IMG/VR virus record: IMGVR_UViG_3300023184_000025
Location: 124,001 to 188,000 of that record
Reading direction: 5' to 3' (one strand)
Length of the DNA: 64,000 nt
The translations under genes were made by a program, and so were the position numbers. Within the stretch, counting starts at the first letter, position 1; each line of letters opens with the position of its first letter. Below, piece by piece: positions 35,313 to 45,278 of this stretch. Below the pieces are notes generated by a model. It saw nothing but the letters and a program-made list of their open reading frames with translations, ran no database searches and was not told where the DNA came from.

Positions 35313-35798
35313 TTATCGATCAGACGTCTTTGTGTTGGTTCGATCAACTAGTCTACTGAGTAATTCATTACGGTCAATAACAGCACCTTGACCAGTTGGC
35401 ATGTTGTTATTGTTAACATCATCTTTATCTAGTTTTGCTTTCTTTAACTGTAGATCAATCATCTTTAGCTTTTTATTCATCTTGGCAGTTTTTGCTGTGA
35501 TAGCATGGCCTAGCATCTGGCTGGCAACACTGAAAATTTCGCTAGCAAAACGGCTGTCTACTTGCATGCCCAGGTCCATAAGATTGTCAAATTCTTTAGT
35601 GGCCTTGGCAGCCAGTTCGTCCATTTCCTGATCACTGGCTTCTAGCCCTCGAACCGCAGGTAATGCTGCCTCAATCTTATCTAAGGCATCTAGGGTTTCT
35701 GGTAGTACTGGGAAAGTGGGCTGTGACTCAGGTGTCACAACAGTATCTTCAGAGTCTGAAGATGGAAGATCAAATAAAGATTCAAGTTTACGAGTCAT
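35313..35798 (-). CDS. gp16: Probable terminase small subunit (gp16-like)
   Basis: Size, helical hairpin plus coiled coil and GAVIDRNELL tail resemble gp16; TAAATA 4 nt before ATG. Confidence 0.55.
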   Translation of the reverse strand: MTRKLESLFDLPSSDSEDTVVTPESQPTFPVLPETLDALDKIEAALPAVRGLEASDQEMDELAAKATKEFDNLMDLGMQVDSRFASEIFSVASQMLGHAITAKTAKMNKKLKMIDLQLKKAKLDKDDVNNNNMPTGQGAVIDRNELLSRLVDRTNTKTSDR

Positions 35799-35813
35799 GC
35801 GGTATTTACCGCA

Positions 35814-36245
35814 TTATTTGTTGCCGTTCTGGAATATGTCGTCTTCGGTAATTACTCTAAAAACCAGGCCCTGGCGCTGACACCATTTTTGAGCACTATC
35901 CCATTTGGCATAATTTACAGCAACCACAGCACGATCACGTTCACTCATTTTGCCTTCTATTACACTTTGCTTTTTGGGTTTGATTTCAATTACTTCAGCA
36001 AAGGTTTTGTTATTTTTTGTTCTGTATGTGACTAAAAAGTCTGGGATGTAATTAGAAATTTTACCGGTTAGTGGATGACGATAAGGAATAACAATAGACT
36101 CGCTGGCCCATTGAAGTATATTGTCGTTGCTGTCGCAAAATCGCATAAATGCTAATTCCCAGCCACTGCGATAACGAGGGCTACTATTGCCTACATACTT
36201 TTGTGTGTTTTCTACTTTATAAACACCTTGTGCAAACTTGCTCAT
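35814..36245 (-). CDS. gp4: Head completion nuclease (T4 gp4; TnsA-N-like)
   Basis: YRSGWE..FM..CD, WASE...IPY, YIPDF, IEIKP, NYAKW. Confidence 0.9.
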   Translation of the reverse strand: MSKFAQGVYKVENTQKYVGNSSPRYRSGWELAFMRFCDSNDNILQWASESIVIPYRHPLTGKISNYIPDFLVTYRTKNNKTFAEVIEIKPKKQSVIEGKMSERDRAVVAVNYAKWDSAQKWCQRQGLVFRVITEDDIFQNGNK

Positions 36246-36604
36246 ATCAATACATTACGGGCGGCATAGTAATTAGGAACAACCGATGAGTTAATTCCCA
36301 GTAGCGTTGCTGGACTACGCATGCCATTTAGGTAGTAGGCCAGTGTGCTGTTCAGTTGTAGTTGATCTTGGTCACTGATTGCAGCCAAGATTGTCATTAC
36401 TGATGTTTGTGTTTTGCTAGCAATTCTAAACAACGTAGTTGTAAAGTTTTGAGCTGCTACTTTGTCTTTCATTGCCTGAAAGAAAAAACTATAAACACTA
36501 TCGTATTCGTTGGTATCTACTTCTTCAGAGTAGTTGTAAAAAGTGTCAAAAATCCGTACAGTTAGATCAATCTTGGGATTGATTTCATTGATAGAACGTG
36601 CCAT
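36242..36604 (-). CDS. Hypothetical structural-module protein (120 aa)
   Basis: Packed between the tube-like gene and gp4 (ATGA overlap). Confidence 0.75.
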   Translation of the reverse strand: MARSINEINPKIDLTVRIFDTFYNYSEEVDTNEYDSVYSFFFQAMKDKVAAQNFTTTLFRIASKTQTSVMTILAAISDQDQLQLNSTLAYYLNGMRSPATLLGINSSVVPNYYAARNVLI

Positions 36605-36606
36605 TT

Positions 36607-37746
36607 TTAGTTCCTAGGTGGGGTTGGAAATAGTGGTGCTTGTAAACGTTGCTGGATGCTGGTCTGGCCGCCAGGCTGTGCTCTTACGGCGGCAGGAATA
36701 GTTGTACGTAGTACATCTTTGAGTCCAGCATTGGCTTCTTCTTTGATAATACTCTGAAGATTCTTTCCTTTAAACGTACCATAAGCTGTGCCTGCTTTTT
36801 GTACTGCACCGATAATACCTGCAACAGATCCACTTTGTAGGTCTTCATAGATACCAATACCGGCATCCAATAATCCGCCTTGTCCAATAATGCTGGAAGT
36901 GCCGCCAGGGCGGCTTAGTGGGCTTGGTTCCTGATCATAGTAATTTGGATCAGCGAATCCTTGAACATTTGTGTCAGGTCTAACTGCACCAATTGCGCCA
37001 CTATAGTATTTCACGGTTTCATAATTGATAGTCATTGAGTTTTGCATAACACCATCCCCTTGACTGTAATCATATGTATCATGAGACCAATCTGAGATCA
37101 TTGGGTTGATCAACACATACTCAACAAACTTGTGTTGATTGAATCCGTAAATTGAAATGTCTCTAAAGAACGCTGGCTTTCCGCCTGCGGCATTGGTACC
37201 ATCAGCATAGGCCTCTCCAATATAACCCCAGTCGTTGATAAATCTATCATTGGCATAGATGTCTCTGGTGTTATACCCAAAGCCGGCTGTTCTGTTTGCA
37301 TTTGCGCCCATAGAGCCGTTTGTGGATGTTTGTCCTCGGTAAGGTTGACTAGGATCTTTGTAGTAATAGCTGTAATAGTTATACCACATTGTACGAATTA
37401 AATCACCGCCATCATCATGAAAATCAACCTGACAAGGTTGATAGTTAATTTTTTTCTGAACCAACCGTTTTCTGTTGTACTGATTTAAAGTTTCTACTTC
37501 GATATTAAACTGCGGTAGTTGAATATTTTTTACTAACAGTCCAACTGTTGATTGCGACCCTGCTTGAAAGACCTGTCTCAGAGCAGGTATTTCAGTGGTG
37601 TTTATGTTAAAATAAACGTGGAAAAGAAACTTGAATCTGGGCAGGTTTTCGTAACCATTGGTACGAAATGTTTTACTCGCATGTGTATAATCTTTGAGAT
37701 AATCGTTCCCAAAGAATGTTTTAAGAAAGTCCTGCCCAAATGCCAT
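36607..37746 (-). CDS. Tail-tube-fold baseplate protein (gp54/gp48-like)
   Basis: LLVKNIQLPQF, QYNRKR, FHDD, and MQNSMTINYE; follows gp19. Confidence 0.75.
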   Translation of the reverse strand: MAFGQDFLKTFFGNDYLKDYTHASKTFRTNGYENLPRFKFLFHVYFNINTTEIPALRQVFQAGSQSTVGLLVKNIQLPQFNIEVETLNQYNRKRLVQKKINYQPCQVDFHDDGGDLIRTMWYNYYSYYYKDPSQPYRGQTSTNGSMGANANRTAGFGYNTRDIYANDRFINDWGYIGEAYADGTNAAGGKPAFFRDISIYGFNQHKFVEYVLINPMISDWSHDTYDYSQGDGVMQNSMTINYETVKYYSGAIGAVRPDTNVQGFADPNYYDQEPSPLSRPGGTSSIIGQGGLLDAGIGIYEDLQSGSVAGIIGAVQKAGTAYGTFKGKNLQSIIKEEANAGLKDVLRTTIPAAVRAQPGGQTSIQQRLQAPLFPTPPRN

Positions 37747-37753
37747 GTGCTAA

Positions 37754-38371
37754 TTAACCGCTGACTACGTTGTTTACAGTACGTGCAACAGTGGCACCAA
37801 CACCAGAACCAAGTGGAGTCTGGAGAGCGTTGTCGAAACGAATCTGCATTGTAATAGTTACAGCTTCACTTGATGAATAGTTCAAGTCATTGTAGTTAAC
37901 GTTGGACAAGTAGCAACCATACAATTCCCAAGTTTCAAGAACCACTGGAGTATATGCGCCATTACCGCCGTCTAGAATTTCACACTTGGTAGTGAACTTG
38001 TAGTCAATACCTGAAGCGGCACTGGCCTGCTCATAGAAGTCCAATTGCTTTTGTAGTTGTTCACCAACTAAACGAGCAACTTGACCGCTGGCGTCATCAC
38101 GTAGGTTAACAGTGACCTGCTCCCAACTGTGTTTACCAGCAACATATAACTTGCTGTTATAGATGTCAATTGGAATTTCTTCAAATGTTACCGACGGGCG
38201 AGTAAAGTCAATCACTTGCTTGGTCAATTCAGTACGCGGTGTCATGATACCGAAGTTTTCGAATATCGCACGAAAGCGATATTTAAGTTTTGGCATTAAC
38301 AAACCTTGGTTGGGATTACTTTGATCACTTGCCAAAGGAACTGTCATTCTGCTAATAGATGCTACGGCCAT
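37754..38371 (-). CDS. gp19: Tail tube protein
   Basis: KYRFR, RPSVTFE, AGKHSWE, WELYGCY, QIRFDNA; downstream of the sheath gene. Confidence 0.88.
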   Translation of the reverse strand: MAVASISRMTVPLASDQSNPNQGLLMPKLKYRFRAIFENFGIMTPRTELTKQVIDFTRPSVTFEEIPIDIYNSKLYVAGKHSWEQVTVNLRDDASGQVARLVGEQLQKQLDFYEQASAASGIDYKFTTKCEILDGGNGAYTPVVLETWELYGCYLSNVNYNDLNYSSSEAVTITMQIRFDNALQTPLGSGVGATVARTVNNVVSG

Positions 38372-38393
38372 ATTAAAATCTCCTATATGTAAT

Positions 38394-38399
38394 TATTTA
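38394..38399 (-). promoter_or_regulatory. Late promoter TAAATA for tail tube
   Basis: CATAAATA followed by AGGAG SD. Confidence 0.7.
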
Positions 38400-38414
38400 T
38401 GGCAAGTGATGACT

Positions 38415-38442
38415 AAAAAAATGGGGCATAAGCCCCATTTTT
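38415..38442 (-). terminator. Terminator after the sheath gene
   Basis: AAAAATGGGGC/GCCCCATTTTT stem with 4-nt loop. Confidence 0.85.
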
Positions 38443-38471
38443 CTGCATTGTAATGCCATATAACCAGCCTA

Positions 38472-41400
38472 TTAGGCAGCGGCTGCGCCACCACCAGAAA
38501 TAGTGCCAGTGTTCTGAATACGAACCGGAATGTAGATAAATTCAACTGCCTTGACAGGCTCAATTGCAATATCAACATACAATTCATTACGATCAATACG
38601 AGCTGGTGTGTTGTTACTTTCGTCACACACAACCAAGTAATCGTAGATGCCTCGTTTTGCCACAAGGTCAATCATTAACCCGTCAATGGCATTGCTGATC
38701 TCATTACGAGTGATCTGATCGTTTGGTTCGAACACAAACTGCTTACCAATCTCCATTAAACGTCCACGGATGAATGCAACTAAACGAGCCACGTTAATAC
38801 GATCCATAGCACTAGTCATTGCACTCTCGGTCTTGTTACCATAGTTTGTGATGCCCACACCTGGAATGAATGTAATTGGGTTGATCTTGTGTTCATACAA
38901 GATATCTCTTACACTTTGACCTGTTGCAATAGTTACAAATTCACCAGTTAAACTGTTGATGTAACCAATACGTTCAGCATTGTCAACAATACCACGACGT
39001 ACACCAGCTGGTGCTAACCAGGGAAATGCCACTTCGTCACTGCGAACAATTGTACGTAACATCATGTGACTCGATGGTTGAACAACCTGTCCACCGCTCA
39101 AGTCAGTGGTTTGACATTGTGGGTAGAACACACCAAGGTATGGATCGCTGGTAGTAATACCATCTTCGCCACCAATGCCCAAACCGCCTTGGTTTGTGGC
39201 CCAGTCAACCAAGCTATTGCCGCTAGGGCCAAGGCGTAATGGTGTGTCACCAATGACAAACGCAGTATTATTGCGCTCATTGTTTAGAGCCACCATGTTG
39301 ATCATTAACTCTGGATACTGTGGGCAAGCAATCAGGTTAAATTGTTGTTGCTCTTCACGTAGCGTATCCTGTGTATCAATTGCTGATTTCAATGCGGCAA
39401 CAATGATTTCACGCTGTGCTTTACGTCCCATGTATGGACTGCCGTCACTCTTGTTACCACTAACAGTTACCCAGGCATTAGTTTCAAGCAATGCCCAATA
39501 ATCGCTGTCAGTAGGCACGTTACCTGTGCTGTTGGCAACGCATACATAAATTACACCGTTGTACAGAGTTTTATTTCCTACTAGGTAGGCAGTCTGAGAC
39601 GAGTATGGATCAACGCTGAAGTCTTGTGCATTGAAATAATCAACGCTGAACTGTTTAACGTTATATCCACTACGACGAGTATTAAATAACAACATACCTG
39701 CTGGATATAAGTCAGCTTCGGGCGCATCTAAGTCTAGATAGTTGCTGGTTAGCAAACTTATAATTGTTGGATATGCATCAGACACTGGATCAGTTGTGCC
39801 ATTTGGTGCCCAACGTGCATCAGCAAACAATACACCGTTTTGGCTAGTTTGGTCTGTGTTGTTGATAGCAACCCAGGTATCAGCGCCGTCAATTTCTTCA
39901 TAGCGATAAATCAATGGGTAATTTTCTAAGTCAGCTGTGTCAATCCACAAATCTCCATACACAAGAGAAGTACCGTCTGTTTGTGTAGTTGGCTGTGATG
40001 CGCTGATAATAGGTCCATTTGGATCAGTTACTGTTAGGTCATAGCCGCGGACATCATTGTCAACTGTTCTATAACCAGCCCAGCCGTTTCCGTCTTGAAT
40101 CATAATGTCAACTTGTGTAGCCGATGAGTAATACCAGTTGCGACCGTTTGCAGGATCTTGGCTTGGAGCATTTGCACTGGCAGTATAATCTAATGCCACC
40201 CAGCTTGAAAGAACTAATGCACTGGTAATGTCATCTGCGTTTGAGTAACGAACGCCAGTTACGGTTGTATTAATGCCAGCATCTCCCACTGGATCGTTAG
40301 TTGTGCTGAGTAATTCAATTACGCCGCCACGACTATGAACCATAGAAATTGATCCGTCGGAGTTTATATTTGCAGAAACATACGGAACATTTGCACTTGA
40401 AACTGCGGCAACAAATGCTGCCGATGTAGTTCCACTAATAGTTACTTCAACCGGAGTACTCATTGTGCTACTATTTGGTGCACTGGCAGAAATAGTAAAT
40501 TGACTACTAGTAGTAAATGTTGGAGTAGTTGTATCGCCGGTGATGGTTGTAGCACCTGTGGACATTCTCTCAAAAATTTCCAGAGTAAATGTATTGTTGT
40601 TGTTTGGTAGCTCAGGTGCTACGTTATATTGCACATAAAGTGAGCCGGCAGTGATATTTTTGCCGCCGCCCGATGGGTCAAGTCCTTTGTTAGCGGCTGC
40701 ATCATCTTGGTAGATTGGAGCAGTTTTTGTAACAAAGCTAGCCAATACAGTACTGTACTCTTTAACAATAATACTTGCACCTGCATTTACAGCAGTTACC
40801 ATATTCCAAACTGATCCAGTTGGACGTGGTTGAGTATCTGTACTTCTCCAGCGAGGAACTGTGTAGTTAGGACTTTGTTGTAATACTGGGGCGTAATAAA
40901 TGCCATCTTGTATGCCCAACTCAGACAGCATAACGTCTGAGCTGTCAGGGTCAATGTTGATAATGCCGCCGTCTGCTGAAGAGCCATCGCTTTCTGCATC
41001 CGAATTGGCGGCTAAAATAAGTCGACTACTGCTGTTGGCAGATGCAACAACACCAGGAATTGCGGCAGCGTTAATGTCAGTTACCAAGTTTGCCAGTGTG
41101 GCATTTGGTGACGATCTTGTTGAAACTGCAACTCCGTTAATAATAATTGTCTGCGTTGCAGTCATTTGGAATGTAACAGAGTTAGTGCCCTGTATTGTTG
41201 GCCACTGCTGTTGCCAATCCATACTACCAACCAGGTACCATGCATTGTCAGTTGACTTATAGTAAACTGGGTTTTTGTTGTTTGTTGCAACTACGGCGTA
41301 GTCACCAATTGATCCAATACTTGCTTTAGGCACACCTGAAGTTAAGTCTGCTGTGTCTGTGATTACCATTGGAGTTTGTGAACTAAACGCACCAGTGGTT

Positions 41401-41852
41401 GCATTCCATTGTAGGATACCCCAAATGCTTGAAGTTGTATCCAACCAGTATGTGCCATTGGCTGGCGCACCAGTTGGGCGAACCAAGCTGGCAGTTAATT
41501 CAGACAAGTCAACGTCAGCACGTTGAACATAAGCACGATTACTGATACCCAACACCGAGTGCGCGGCAAGTAAGCCATACTCGTTGAGCTCGTAGCCGTT
41601 GATCGGTGTGCCGGCTGTGGTTTTGTAGAAGAACGGATTGCCAAACGTTGCGGCAAGATCTCGCTGGCTGGTGATTAAATACACTTTGCCTGCGTTAACT
41701 TTTAATGTTCCAGCGGCAACACCAGTTCCTGTTCCGGAAACTTTATTCTGCGCAGTGGCAAGAAGGATATACGGTACCGAATTTGTCGCGGAAGGTATAT
41801 AATTAGACTCGTCAATAACTGTGACTTGTACGCCTGGGGATACTAGTGCCAT
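38472..41852 (-). CDS. gp18: Contractile tail sheath protein, enlarged (1126 aa)
   Basis: MALVSPGVQVTVIDES, FGNP, PWLAPAGVRRG, INPI, RINVARL, FEPND, AVEFIYI. Confidence 0.95.
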   Translation of the reverse strand: MALVSPGVQVTVIDESNYIPSATNSVPYILLATAQNKVSGTGTGVAAGTLKVNAGKVYLITSQRDLAATFGNPFFYKTTAGTPINGYELNEYGLLAAHSVLGISNRAYVQRADVDLSELTASLVRPTGAPANGTYWLDTTSSIWGILQWNATTGAFSSQTPMVITDTADLTSGVPKASIGSIGDYAVVATNNKNPVYYKSTDNAWYLVGSMDWQQQWPTIQGTNSVTFQMTATQTIIINGVAVSTRSSPNATLANLVTDINAAAIPGVVASANSSSRLILAANSDAESDGSSADGGIINIDPDSSDVMLSELGIQDGIYYAPVLQQSPNYTVPRWRSTDTQPRPTGSVWNMVTAVNAGASIIVKEYSTVLASFVTKTAPIYQDDAAANKGLDPSGGGKNITAGSLYVQYNVAPELPNNNNTFTLEIFERMSTGATTITGDTTTPTFTTSSQFTISASAPNSSTMSTPVEVTISGTTSAAFVAAVSSANVPYVSANINSDGSISMVHSRGGVIELLSTTNDPVGDAGINTTVTGVRYSNADDITSALVLSSWVALDYTASANAPSQDPANGRNWYYSSATQVDIMIQDGNGWAGYRTVDNDVRGYDLTVTDPNGPIISASQPTTQTDGTSLVYGDLWIDTADLENYPLIYRYEEIDGADTWVAINNTDQTSQNGVLFADARWAPNGTTDPVSDAYPTIISLLTSNYLDLDAPEADLYPAGMLLFNTRRSGYNVKQFSVDYFNAQDFSVDPYSSQTAYLVGNKTLYNGVIYVCVANSTGNVPTDSDYWALLETNAWVTVSGNKSDGSPYMGRKAQREIIVAALKSAIDTQDTLREEQQQFNLIACPQYPELMINMVALNNERNNTAFVIGDTPLRLGPSGNSLVDWATNQGGLGIGGEDGITTSDPYLGVFYPQCQTTDLSGGQVVQPSSHMMLRTIVRSDEVAFPWLAPAGVRRGIVDNAERIGYINSLTGEFVTIATGQSVRDILYEHKINPITFIPGVGITNYGNKTESAMTSAMDRINVARLVAFIRGRLMEIGKQFVFEPNDQITRNEISNAIDGLMIDLVAKRGIYDYLVVCDESNNTPARIDRNELYVDIAIEPVKAVEFIYIPVRIQNTGTISGGGAAAA

Positions 41853-41880
41853 AATTTCATCCTTTTAAAATGGTTATCAA

Positions 41881-41946
41881 TATTTAGCAATTGTGGCAAA
41901 ACTCAGCCGGTAACCGGTGCCTTAATTAAGGTTCGCCATATAAATA
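41881..41946. promoter_or_regulatory. Divergent late promoters (TAAATA minus 41886-41881; TATAAATA plus 41939-41946)
   Basis: Sheath gene has an AAGGA SD leader; the HNH ATG is 5 nt after TATAAATA. Confidence 0.7.
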
Positions 41947-41951
41947 CCTGT

Positions 41952-42296
41952 ATGAGACCATTATGTGAAGTATGTAAAAAGAACTTTTCTGCTGTGAACG
42001 GTTACCACAATAACAAGATTTATTATCGTAAACGATGTAATGCTTGTATACGCAAAAAGAAAAAACTTAAATCGCAGACCCCAAGATGGCAGTTAAATGG
42101 TTACAAGAAAAAAGCCGCATGTGATCGTTGCGGCTTTAAAGCTAGACATCCAAGTCAGTTGCTAGTGTATCACGTTGATGGTAATTTAAACAGCACCGAG
42201 CTAAGAAATTTAAAAACTATTTGTCTTAATTGCATTGCCGAAATTAACCGGCTCGATCTTCCGTGGAAACCAGGAGACCTGCCACCAGATCATTGA
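41952..42296 (+). CDS. Small Zn-binding HNH-like endonuclease
   Basis: CxxC pairs (CEVC, CNAC, CDRC, CLNC) and VYHVDGN...NL. Confidence 0.75.
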   Translation: MRPLCEVCKKNFSAVNGYHNNKIYYRKRCNACIRKKKKLKSQTPRWQLNGYKKKAACDRCGFKARHPSQLLVYHVDGNLNSTELRNLKTICLNCIAEINRLDLPWKPGDLPPDH

Positions 42297-42891
42297 TCTG
42301 CTTATACAAATGGTCCATAGTTCCATTATTATCAACCACAGCATCAAAGTCTGTACCAACCCAGGCTGTTTCACTAGCATGTACACCTAGGTGCTTGAGC
42401 TTCTCTTTGGCAAATGCGTCACCATTGTTTGCTTTTCCGGCCATGATATGCCAGCTGGGTAACTCACCTCGTTGTACCCAGATTACTTTGCCGTTGACTT
42501 CTTTGATAGCTTTAATTTCATTTGCAAAACGACAATCACTTATAACAATACTGTCTTTGCTGTTGCGTAAACGTGCTTCTAGACTGGCAATCCAGATATC
42601 GTCATGAAATCCTTTGCGGCATACTTCAGTACCCCACAGTTGTAGCATCAAACGCGGAGTTAGTTCAGGCATGTTTAGGCGGGAGGCCCACCATGGATCA
42701 ACTTGTTCACGCCATTCTCGTGCTTCTCGAGTTCGACCTTCCAGCATGGTTCGATCCCACCCAAACACATGTGCCACAGCATCTTTAAGAGAATTTGCAA
42801 AGCTTTCTCGTCTGAATTCATGTATATTAACAAGGTAATCTGCAATGGTGTCTTTGCCACTGCCAATAAACCCACAAATGCCAATAATCAT
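42244..42891 (-). CDS. gp1: Deoxynucleoside monophosphate kinase (T4 gp1-like); start revised to 42891
   Basis: IIGICGFIGSGKDT, FANSLKD, LQLWGTE, ISDCRF.NE. Confidence 0.9.
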   Translation of the reverse strand: MIIGICGFIGSGKDTIADYLVNIHEFRRESFANSLKDAVAHVFGWDRTMLEGRTREAREWREQVDPWWASRLNMPELTPRLMLQLWGTEVCRKGFHDDIWIASLEARLRNSKDSIVISDCRFANEIKAIKEVNGKVIWVQRGELPSWHIMAGKANNGDAFAKEKLKHLGVHASETAWVGTDFDAVVDNNGTMDHLYKQINDLVAGLLVSTEDRAG

Positions 42892-42904
42892 TAAAAAATC
42901 CTTG

Positions 42905-43603
42905 TTAAAATTTAGGTAATTGGATAGAAATCTCATCTGCCCAGGAGTTCATTCCGTCATGTGTCAAATGCATGTTATCGGCGGCAATCAGATTGTTTTT
43001 AATTCCATATTCAAAAGGAGTAATATCAATGTATTTGTCCCAATTTAAGAAATCCAGATATCCACCAGATTTAGGTATAGCGGATCCCAATGCTGGTGCC
43101 CAATCAAAATCGTTGCTAAAGATATTGTATACAAAACTAAACCTATAGTCAATGCCCTGTGATTCTAAAAATGAGTGGCAAGCTACAATTTTTTGTGTTG
43201 ATTGTTCTACTAGAAACTTTTCATTGTTACTTGAATATTGTAATTTAAAAAACTTTTCGACGTCTGGATGATAAGACGGGGTAATTTTACCTTTATACTT
43301 AAAAAAATTCCCGCCGGAAAAGACTGCAATCCCATCGTTAGTTGGACCGTGTAAATCTTCTTTAAATACCAGATCTTTAGTTTCCTTCGGAAAGTATGCT
43401 TCTCTTCGACGAACTCCTGTCCATAAAATAAAAACAAAATCTGGCTTGCCATTTAATCGAATCTCATCAAATATACTAAAACTTATAAAGTCGTTGCCCG
43501 CGGCACCACGTGCTTTATTTGTGACTGAGCATCCTTGAAATAGATGTTCTGGCCAGGATTGCCTGACTGTGTAACTACAGCCCGATACTAAAACTTTTTT
43601 CAT
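42905..43603 (-). CDS. SGNH/GDSL-like hydrolase or acyltransferase; start revised to 43603
   Basis: VSGCSYT, GAAGN, terminal MHLTHDG; TAACTA 5 nt before ATG 43603. Confidence 0.7.
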   Translation of the reverse strand: MKKVLVSGCSYTVRQSWPEHLFQGCSVTNKARGAAGNDFISFSIFDEIRLNGKPDFVFILWTGVRRREAYFPKETKDLVFKEDLHGPTNDGIAVFSGGNFFKYKGKITPSYHPDVEKFFKLQYSSNNEKFLVEQSTQKIVACHSFLESQGIDYRFSFVYNIFSNDFDWAPALGSAIPKSGGYLDFLNWDKYIDITPFEYGIKNNLIAADNMHLTHDGMNSWADEISIQLPKF

Positions 43604-43634
43604 ACTAATAGTTATTGTTGTAATATGCTGGGCA

Positions 43635-44156
43635 TCAGGCCAGTTCCTTAATGTTAAGGGTTTCCAAACTGTCGTGTAACAAGTCAATCTGTCGACGACA
43701 ATCTTCAAGGGCATGATGACTGGCTGGATATTTATTGAGTCCAGGGCATAACCCATAGACTGTTCTAGCATCTCGAACAACATAAAATTTCCAGGGCAAT
43801 GGAATGTTATAACTTTTGTAGGCATGCTCTAGGATATTCATGTCAAATGTAGGGCCGTTGGCCCATAATCGCTTACTGTGCCAAACAAGCTTGCCTAGTT
43901 CTTCCAGTGATTGTTTTAGTGGTATTCGCCCGTCTTCGGCAAATGCTTCTTCTCTGGCCGCAGTTGGTTGAGTTGCCCACCAATCTATAGTACCTTGTTC
44001 AATATTGCGACCTTCCTGGCTTTCAATATCAATTCTGGCATAGTACTGCTGATTGTAATATCCGCGAGTAAACGGATCAAACGCCTGGGCGGCAATGGTT
44101 AGAATGCAAGCTTCTGGGCCTGTGCCCACAGTCTCAATATCAATCATGAGATCCAT
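43635..44156 (-). CDS. DEDDh 3'-5' exonuclease (Rv2179c-like exoribonuclease)
   Basis: MIDIET, WANGPTFD, RDART, HHALEDC. Confidence 0.88.
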   Translation of the reverse strand: MDLMIDIETVGTGPEACILTIAAQAFDPFTRGYYNQQYYARIDIESQEGRNIEQGTIDWWATQPTAAREEAFAEDGRIPLKQSLEELGKLVWHSKRLWANGPTFDMNILEHAYKSYNIPLPWKFYVVRDARTVYGLCPGLNKYPASHHALEDCRRQIDLLHDSLETLNIKELA

Positions 44157-44172
44157 TTAATCACCTATTTAA

Positions 44173-44832
44173 TTAAGTTATCATTTGTAAAATTTTATCC
44201 GTTAATAATCTGTGGCTGTGCCTGTTAGGATGTGCCCCGTCTGGATAAAAGTATTCAGGGTAATTTTTGTATTCTTTAAATTTAGTTTCTCCATTAAGAA
44301 GAATTTGTAAGTACTGTTCTTTTTGTTTAACATTACCAATCACCGGCAAGCTAATCAACTGTTTCCATCCCGGACTGACTGAATGCTTACTCTCCTTAAA
44401 TTCTGGAACTAACAACTTAGAAAAGCTAGGAATAACATAATTAAGATTTGATGTATTGCACTCTTCAAGTGACGAATACCCCCCAATTAGAATCACTTTA
44501 AGTCGAAATGATTGTTGTATTTCAAATAATTGTGCAAGAGATTCATTACTTAATTTCTCTATTAAATCAAACGGCATTTTGCTATTCAATTCTTGTTTGG
44601 TTGCATCTCTTAAGGGGTCGGTGAAAAAGAATACTAAAAAATCGTAACTATCTGTAGCTGACTTTATAAAATGTTGAATTCTGGTTATAGCCGTTTGGTT
44701 ACTGGCTCCACCTAGTCCCACGTTTATCACCACATGATTTAATTCTTCAAGGTATTGCTGGACGCCAGAATGTATAGGGTATGGATCCCATTCACCTTGG
44801 CTCCAGCTGTCGCCCCCGATTAAAAATTTCAT
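44173..44832 (-). CDS. SGNH/GDSL-like hydrolase or acyltransferase
   Basis: GGDSWSQG, GGASN, DGAHPN..SH. Confidence 0.75.
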   Translation of the reverse strand: MKFLIGGDSWSQGEWDPYPIHSGVQQYLEELNHVVINVGLGGASNQTAITRIQHFIKSATDSYDFLVFFFTDPLRDATKQELNSKMPFDLIEKLSNESLAQLFEIQQSFRLKVILIGGYSSLEECNTSNLNYVIPSFSKLLVPEFKESKHSVSPGWKQLISLPVIGNVKQKEQYLQILLNGETKFKEYKNYPEYFYPDGAHPNRHSHRLLTDKILQMIT

Positions 44833-44834
44833 GT

Positions 44835-45278
44835 TTACCTATTTAGAATTGAATAGTATTGAAGGAAAACGTTTGGCTCTGACAGATCTAACAATATTTC
44901 ACCATTAAAACCAATGTAGCTTGTGGTCCATGTTTGTCCATCTGTTGTATTGATAGTTAATCCTTGATGGATAAATTTTTCATTTAGATTAAACCCATCA
45001 AGATTAACTCCGAGTATTTTAACATATAAATCTTGTGTAATTTTTCCATCCTGATCAAAAATCACATCAGTATTGTGGTCTTTGCCACTGAAACGTAACT
45101 TTACCACTGCTGGTAGATCTAAATAAATTTTTGGTTTAGACAGATACTGCCCGTCAACTAATTCTGGCTGGACCTGGGTTACGTTATCACCCGAAGACAA
45201 TACAACAGTCATGAGTTTATCATTGACACAACCAAATTCAAACTCAATTTCAATATAGCAATGGTTAAGTTTTTTCAT
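44835..45278 (-). CDS. Hypothetical beta-rich protein coupled to the radical SAM gene
   Basis: Overlaps the radical SAM stop; no family recognised. Confidence 0.7.
   Translation of the reverse strand: MKKLNHCYIEIEFEFGCVNDKLMTVVLSSGDNVTQVQPELVDGQYLSKPKIYLDLPAVVKLRFSGKDHNTDVIFDQDGKITQDLYVKILGVNLDGFNLNEKFIHQGLTINTTDGQTWTTSYIGFNGEILLDLSEPNVFLQYYSILNR

Noticed and set aside
35814-36245. TnsA-like gene as sign of a Tn7 transposon
   Set aside because: It is the conserved T4 gp4 head-completion protein in its structural context; no other Tn7 genes or ends are present.
43604-43825. ORF-track N-terminal extension of the SGNH gene
   Set aside because: It overlaps the exonuclease in another frame; the SGNH motif and a TAACTA promoter point to ATG 43603.
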